This document shows, in pieces, positions 14,996 to 19,618 of a stretch of 19,618 nucleotides of DNA. The DNA is taken from positions 1 through 19,618 of the IMG/VR virus record IMGVR_UViG_2526164662_000035; one strand, given 5' to 3'. The stretch is from a virus (lineage: Duplodnaviria; Heunggongvirae; Uroviricota; Caudoviricetes). The notes beneath the pieces were generated by a model. It made no database searches. It was not told where the DNA came from and was given only the letters and a program-made list of their open reading frames with translations. A program made the translations under genes and the position numbers. Within the stretch, counting starts at the first letter, position 1; every line of letters starts with the position of its first letter.

Positions 14996-16837
14996 ATGTT
15001 AGAGCTAAACGTGGCACGCCTCTCGAACGTTGTCACCTTCGAAGTTAACCGACCATCATTAGAGAAAGCAAAAGCAGAAGTAGAAAAACTTCGTAAACAA
15101 ATGGCGGCGGTGAAAGATATAGAATTGCGTGTTAAGACACATAAACAATCAACCGCTAAAGCAAAAAAAGACGTAGACGATATTGCTAAAAAGCAAGCAC
15201 AGGCTGATAAAGCTAATGCTAAAGCACAATTAGCCGCTCAACGTGTAGTTGCAAGAGAACAAAAAGCCCTGGCAGCACGCAAAGAGAAGGCAGAATTAAA
15301 GCTTTTAGACGTTGGAGCAAGCATTAGTGCAATGCACCGTCTTTCTGTAGCGGAACAATATAAAGCTATTGCACAGGCTAGAGAAATTGCCCTCCAATAT
15401 GAAAGAGGCGCTATTAGTCTGGCACGTATGAATAGCCAAATGAAACGCCTACAACAGCAACAACGTAAGATTAATGGCAATCGTAACGCTCACGCTAAAG
15501 CCTATGCACCTGTTAAGGGTAGCGGGAGTATTGGCGGCGGTGCTGCGGCTGTTATGCTGGGTGGCTTAGGCGCTGGCGCTACGTATATGGCTATGAGCAA
15601 AGCCTCTGAATTTGTTACTAACAGCTTTGCGAATGCTGAAACGCTGGGTGAATTGTATAGCCGTGCGAAGCTGGGCGGTGTAGACGTTAACCAGATGAAC
15701 AATATTGAGCAATGGGCCTACAAAAACGGCGTTGATTCAATGATGGGCGAACAAGGTCGTAGGAAGTATCTCGATCAGATGAAAGATGTACGGGAGAAGG
15801 CTACTAAATCTTATGATGAGGCTGAATATGTAGTTGATAAGAAAACTGGTAAAGGAGAATGGAAGGGCGGCGATAGCGGCATCAATACTTTAATGAATGA
15901 AGGATTCCTAACTAAAAAGGATCTAAAAGACTTTGCTGATAATCCGGCTGGTCTGGTTAGTAAAGCAGTTCAGGGAATGGTAGCTAAAGGCTATTCAGAT
16001 GCACAAATCGGTAGTCGTCTGGAAGATCTGGCTGATGATTTGATGCTCACCTCTAAATACTGGACACGCTCCGCTAAAGAAGTGGAACAATCAGCACGAG
16101 AACAACGAGAATCAGGGCGCTGGGTAACGCAGGCACAACAGGAAAGCGTTATTAAATTCCGTGAACTGAATAATGCACTTAGTGGGCTTTCTGACTCACA
16201 AGGGATCGCCTTTGTTGATGGCTTTATGAAATCTCTTGATCCGAAAGTGATTGAAGAGTTTAAAAAGAGCATGGTTGCAATGCTGCCAATGTTTACCAAA
16301 TTAGGCGAGGCTATCGGCGGATTGGTTAACGCCGTAATGAAAACAATCAACTGGCTGATGAAAAACGACGAGAAGACGGAAGCTATTCAGAAGAATTTAG
16401 GGGATGCACCGCCACTATCTAACGAAGGAATGAAGCAGAATCTTTCTAATCTCACTCCTGATCAATATAAAGGCGCTGGCACCGGAACAACTAAGCCAGA
16501 TAACAGCAATTCCCTGGTTAACACTATTAAAAGCTGGTTTATGCCAGAAGAAACGGTAGGTGGGGCGCAGGCTGTAAATCAATACAGTCTCGAAGGACAA
16601 AATATTGCAAATCTGAAACAGAGTGCAGCACAACAAGCTTTCAAGGCTCCTTCTTACACCTTTGCACCTGTTATTAACTTCAATCCAGAATTACAAGTAA
16701 ATGCAGAAGTGCCGCTAACTATCGAATCAGACACCGGACGATTGAGCGAATTTATCGACTTCAAATCAAAGGCATCTTCCGCTGAGTTTAGCAAGCTATT
16801 AACGCTGGGTGTTATGTCAGGCGGGTCAACCTATTAA
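14996..16837 (+). CDS. tape-measure-like protein (613 aa)
   Basis: It has an N-terminal Lys/Ala/Gln-rich coiled-coil region, a Gly-rich hydrophobic segment (GSGSIGGGAAAVMLGGLGAGATYMAM), a long helical middle and a C-terminal ...FAPVINFNPELQVNAEVPLTIESD block. This is the typical organisation of phage tail tape measure proteins. The call rests on composition and architecture only. Confidence 0.6.
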   Translation: MLELNVARLSNVVTFEVNRPSLEKAKAEVEKLRKQMAAVKDIELRVKTHKQSTAKAKKDVDDIAKKQAQADKANAKAQLAAQRVVAREQKALAARKEKAELKLLDVGASISAMHRLSVAEQYKAIAQAREIALQYERGAISLARMNSQMKRLQQQQRKINGNRNAHAKAYAPVKGSGSIGGGAAAVMLGGLGAGATYMAMSKASEFVTNSFANAETLGELYSRAKLGGVDVNQMNNIEQWAYKNGVDSMMGEQGRRKYLDQMKDVREKATKSYDEAEYVVDKKTGKGEWKGGDSGINTLMNEGFLTKKDLKDFADNPAGLVSKAVQGMVAKGYSDAQIGSRLEDLADDLMLTSKYWTRSAKEVEQSAREQRESGRWVTQAQQESVIKFRELNNALSGLSDSQGIAFVDGFMKSLDPKVIEEFKKSMVAMLPMFTKLGEAIGGLVNAVMKTINWLMKNDEKTEAIQKNLGDAPPLSNEGMKQNLSNLTPDQYKGAGTGTTKPDNSNSLVNTIKSWFMPEETVGGAQAVNQYSLEGQNIANLKQSAAQQAFKAPSYTFAPVINFNPELQVNAEVPLTIESDTGRLSEFIDFKSKASSAEFSKLLTLGVMSGGSTY

Positions 16838-16884
16838 TCATCACTGTGGGGCGGTTTAGCCCCCTTAAATAAGGATTACAAATT

Positions 16885-17562
16885 ATGGCAATGGGTCCGT
16901 TAACCATTGGTCGCCCGACTGAGGCGAAAATCAACAGCACAAGCAACGATAGCAACGGTAGAACAACTAAAGGGGGTAACGGCTTTGCGATCATTACCTC
17001 TAACCTCGGCAGTGGTGCAAATGCTGCTTACAATGACTACCAGGCATTATCATTTGATAGCGTGGAATCGACGAAAATTAGCCGAAATGCAGACGTTACA
17101 AGCTATGCCGTCGAATCAGGATCAGAAGTTAGTGATCATGTTCAAATACGGAATAACAAGTTCACATTACAGGGGCGTATCTCTGAAACAGTATTGAAGC
17201 TCAATCCCGATATGATTAAGAATGCGGGAATTAACGGCAATAGACGTATGCTTATGCTTGAATACCTAAATCAGTTGATGGACAGTCGCCAACCTTTCCT
17301 ACTTGTCACTGAGTTAAAAAATTATGACAACGTTGTGTTAGTTGGCATGTCTTACGAAGAAGAAGCAAGCGAAAGCCTATTGTTTACTCTTGATTTTGAG
17401 CAAATCCGTCTTGTCTCTAAAGCAACTACAAGCGCAATTGCGGTAAAAACAGCACCAAATAAATCTGTAGGAGGTCAGGTTAAAATGCAGGTAAATACAA
17501 CAGAACAGAAAAATCAAAAAAGCCCAGGGCAAGACGTTGTAACGCCAGTATTTAAACAATAG
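16885..17562 (+). CDS. putative tail-tip/baseplate (Dit-like or Mu gp43-N-like) protein (225 aa)
   Basis: It lies directly after the tape-measure-like gene. The segment SFDSVESTKISRNADVTSYAVESGSEVSDHVQIRNNKFTLQGRIS resembles the N-terminal motif of Dit-like / DNA-circulation-type tail proteins (xFxxVxxxxxxxxxxVTxHPVExGxxVxDHxxxxPxxLxLxGxVS), as recalled from memory. Confidence 0.4.
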   Translation: MAMGPLTIGRPTEAKINSTSNDSNGRTTKGGNGFAIITSNLGSGANAAYNDYQALSFDSVESTKISRNADVTSYAVESGSEVSDHVQIRNNKFTLQGRISETVLKLNPDMIKNAGINGNRRMLMLEYLNQLMDSRQPFLLVTELKNYDNVVLVGMSYEEEASESLLFTLDFEQIRLVSKATTSAIAVKTAPNKSVGGQVKMQVNTTEQKNQKSPGQDVVTPVFKQ

Positions 17563-17603
17563 CCTTAAACACCTATGAAACGCTCTGTAACGAGATAATC
17601 ATA

Positions 17604-17635
17604 AAAGAGGCATTAGTCTATATTGAAGCCTCTTT
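17604..17635. terminator. bidirectional hairpin between the convergent structural operon and the integrase
   Basis: aaagaggc (17604-17611) pairs with gcctcttt (17628-17635) across a 16-nt loop. A- and T-rich flanks lie on both sides. Confidence 0.5.
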
Positions 17636-17642
17636 ATTACGT

Positions 17643-18920
17643 CTATAGCGTTGTTTTACGCCTTAAATTTGATTTTTTATTGATTGATAAGCCTTTCTCT
17701 ATTTCAGGGTAGCGTAAAAGCTCAATATATTTTTTAAGCTCTACTGGAGAAGCTGCATTCTTGCTATATGTGCGGAATGTTTCTGTATTGCCGCGCTGAT
17801 GGCCCAAAATTAAAGCTATGCGGTCCTCTGGAATTTGATTTCGATCAAGAAGCTGTGCTACTCCGTGTCTCAGAGAATGAAACACTTTCCTTTCTGTTCC
17901 CTTTTCCCCTAAAGCCTTTCGTTTAGCTCTTGTAAATCGTTGTGTATGCCACGTAGAGCGTTTACCGTCAGCACGTTCTGTAATGCTGGCGTGATAGAAC
18001 AAAAAGCCATTGTGAGGCTTTTCACGAAGAGATAACACCAATGGAGTGATAAGGCTATGCACAGGCACAAGACGTGCCGCAGCTTTCGTTTTTCCCTGTG
18101 TGATTTCAAAACACAGCACACCTTCGATCTCTTTCACATCGTCTATTGTGAGACTTGCTATCTCATTGATCCGCATACCTGTATATAAACCGATAAGACA
18201 CAAAGCCGTCATTTCTTTGTTTTCTGCTGAATTACCGGAAAATACTTGCAACACCTGCAATAGCTCTTTGTTAGAAAATGCCTCGTAGCTCTCTCTACTT
18301 TGTGCCACATCAAGCCTATGCCCTCGCCAGGGGGAGAGCGCCCTTTCTGGCGCATCGTGGTAACGTGATGAAGCTAATTCCCATAGCTGGGCCATTGGGC
18401 TGATATAATTTGCAATTGATTGTTGTGAAAGAGTTTTTTGCATGTGTTCAATCCAGCCTGTAACAGTGGTGCGGCTTACATCTTGCAATGCAATATCAGG
18501 CTTTTTACGGTAGGAGAGAAACATCTCTACCGCTTTTCTTGCCTTAGCTAAAGTGGCTGGCTTCTTCTTCGTGCTGTTAATTGTCAGGTAGATTTCAAGA
18601 ATTTTAAGCAATGACGGACACGAAGACGCTGTATCTTGCATTCTGGTAGCTGTTTTGGCGTATTTAGCCTTACTGCGTAACAGTTCCAGCGTGTTTTCTA
18701 TTGTGCTGTTTACAGGGGCAACACTCTCCCGTAAGCAATGGTATTCATCTGCAATCTGATCACGCTTTCGACGTGCCACACGAAGATTACTTGTGTGTAG
18801 ACTTCTGACAAACGTCCTTTTTCCTTCAAAAAAGGGCTGCATATACACAGGCAGCGTGATCCTTAAATAGTAGTTACCGTAAGAATCACAGATTAAGTAT
18901 TGGTTAGGCTTGTATCTCAT
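17643..18920 (-). CDS. tyrosine recombinase / phage integrase (425 aa from the preferred start)
   Basis: The catalytic signature is present: ...LYTGMRINEIASL..., ...HSLRHGVAQLL..., ...ILGHQRGNTETFRTYSK (R...HxxR...H...Y). I prefer the start MRYKPNQY at 18920, which has GGAG 5 nt upstream; the ORF is open to 19007. The gene lies about 140 bp from the right att repeat. Confidence 0.9.
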   Translation of the reverse strand: MRYKPNQYLICDSYGNYYLRITLPVYMQPFFEGKRTFVRSLHTSNLRVARRKRDQIADEYHCLRESVAPVNSTIENTLELLRSKAKYAKTATRMQDTASSCPSLLKILEIYLTINSTKKKPATLAKARKAVEMFLSYRKKPDIALQDVSRTTVTGWIEHMQKTLSQQSIANYISPMAQLWELASSRYHDAPERALSPWRGHRLDVAQSRESYEAFSNKELLQVLQVFSGNSAENKEMTALCLIGLYTGMRINEIASLTIDDVKEIEGVLCFEITQGKTKAAARLVPVHSLITPLVLSLREKPHNGFLFYHASITERADGKRSTWHTQRFTRAKRKALGEKGTERKVFHSLRHGVAQLLDRNQIPEDRIALILGHQRGNTETFRTYSKNAASPVELKKYIELLRYPEIEKGLSINKKSNLRRKTTL

Positions 18921-19020
18921 AAAATCTCCGGCTAAAGTGTCGGAGCGTTTGTAATGTGAAAATTGATTGTGACGCATAGAAAATGATGATTTTTCTATAA
19001 GATTCAATCAATTAGTAATG

Positions 19021-19081
19021 GTCGTAGGTGATGGCATTAACACGAGATTAATCGAGTGTTTTACTCCTATTATCGGCACCA
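19021..19081 (+). other. attR region: interrupted thrW 3'-end copy (gtcgtaggt + 33 nt + actcctattatcggcacca)
   Basis: Bases 19063-19081 are identical to 6096-6114 and to the thrW 3' end. Bases 19021-19029 (gtcgtaggt) match the thrW nucleotides that precede TCG-ACTCC. The 3-nt TCG is replaced by the 33-nt gatggcattaacacgagattaatcgagtgtttt. Confidence 0.75.
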
Positions 19082-19207
19082 TTAAAATCAAAGAGTTACC
19101 CCATATTTAAATACACCACGTTTCCTCCTGTGCCGCATTTGTGCCATTGTAACCTTGGCAATTCATCAAAATACTGTTCTGACATCAGGCAGTGCAGGTG
19201 CAGCTAT

Positions 19208-19618
19208 TTAAACCAATTGCTGCCGCCATTCTTTGACGTAGTCAATCAGGGCGCGGAGCTTTGGTGCAATATTGCGACGCTGTGGGAAATACAGATAGAA
19301 GCCCGGAAATTGTGGAAGAAAGTCATCAAGCAGCGATACAAGCTTACCGCTTTCAATATATGGCCTGAAAGTTTCCTGAGTGGCAATTGTTATTCCTCCG
19401 CCGGCAAGAGCCAGCCTCACCATCAGACGCAGATCATTAGTCGTAATCTGCGGTTCAATCGCAAGGTCGAAAGTTCTCCCGTTTTCTTCAAATGGCCAGC
19501 GATAAGGCGCAACCTCCGGGGACTGACGCCAGCCGATACACTTATGGGTATTTCCCCCGGAGGCGAGAAAGCGCTCTCCACGCCCGGCCGCAAGGATCAG
19601 GACGACGGGGGCAGGCAT
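19208..19618 (-). CDS. yagP: LysR-family C-terminal fragment fused to an unrelated N-terminal segment (136 aa); chromosomal flank
   Basis: The C-terminal ...GGGITIATQETFRPYIESGKLVSLLDDFLPQFPGFYLYFPQRRNIAPKLRALIDYVKEW is a LysR effector-domain end, and no N-terminal HTH is present. The N-terminal MPAPVVLILAAGRGERF looks like a nucleotidyltransferase start. The 411-bp size and the position just outside a thrW-derived att beside an integrase match my memory of yagP next to intF/ptwF in E. coli K-12. The ATG is the last codon of the window. Confidence 0.6.
   Translation of the reverse strand: MPAPVVLILAAGRGERFLASGGNTHKCIGWRQSPEVAPYRWPFEENGRTFDLAIEPQITTNDLRLMVRLALAGGGITIATQETFRPYIESGKLVSLLDDFLPQFPGFYLYFPQRRNIAPKLRALIDYVKEWRQQLV

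Larger units (their letters stand above)
6096..19081. mobile_element. about 13 kb thrW-integrated, satellite-like integrative element (integrase, resolvase, iteron replicon, orphan capsid and tail genes)
   Basis: A perfect 19-bp direct repeat actcctattatcggcacca occurs at 6096-6114 and 19063-19081. The tyrosine integrase sits next to the right repeat. The internal gene content is described in the individual features. Confidence 0.7.

Noticed and set aside
13269-17559. Numerous ORFs antisense to or out of frame with the structural genes (13269-13559, 13408-13644, 13693-14004, 13829-14437, 15238-15480, 15502-15702, 15991-16350, 16415-16636, 16812-16994, 16907-17197, 17377-17559)
   Set aside because: All are nested in longer ORFs that have coherent capsid, tape-measure or tail-like translations and SD sequences. 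Their own translations are Cys/Arg/Ser-rich shadow frames.
17909-18288. ORFs 17909-18121(-) and 18046-18288(+) inside the integrase gene
   Set aside because: They are alternative frames of a gene with a clear tyrosine-recombinase catalytic signature.
18921-19007. N-terminal extension of the integrase (MNLIEKSSFSMRHNQFSHYKRSDTLAGDF)
   Set aside because: It has no SD, whereas the ATG at 18920 has GGAG 5 nt upstream. The extension would run into the att arm.

Overview
The window looks like an E. coli-type chromosomal integration hotspot made of stacked mobile DNA. (1) Bases 1-4251 are the distal end of a tailed prophage. They hold a tail-fibre C-terminus, a tail-fibre assembly gene broken by two in-frame stops, a frameshifted AT-rich acyltransferase, a decayed Gin/Pin-type invertase, and an intact GIY-YIG gene. 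This block ends at a 3' fragment of tRNA-Ser(CGA). (2) Bases 4252-6068 are an island remnant with a possible decayed P4-type integrase N-terminus, an AT-rich AraC-family regulator and the last ~265 bp of an IS2-like IS3-family element. (3) A 46-nt 3' fragment of tRNA-Thr(CGU) (thrW) at 6069-6114 opens the most interesting part. This is a ~13 kb element (6096-19081) bounded by a perfect 19-bp direct repeat of the thrW 3' end. It carries a tyrosine integrase, a resolvase-type serine recombinase with a res-like repeat cluster, five 23-bp-spaced iterons, and a seven-gene early operon behind a promoter and leader terminator. It also has two long ORF-free stretches (about 1.7 kb and 1.0 kb) full of hairpins and repeats. 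Its only virion genes are a lambda D/E-like decoration and major capsid pair and a tape-measure-like plus Dit-like pair. No terminase, portal, protease, tail tube or lysis gene is visible. I read it as a satellite-like integrative element whose architecture does not match P4, PICI, cfPICI or PLE. (4) Bases 19208-19618 are a LysR-fragment ORF that matches my memory of yagP in size and position. All homology statements come from reading the translations and from memory, not from searches.
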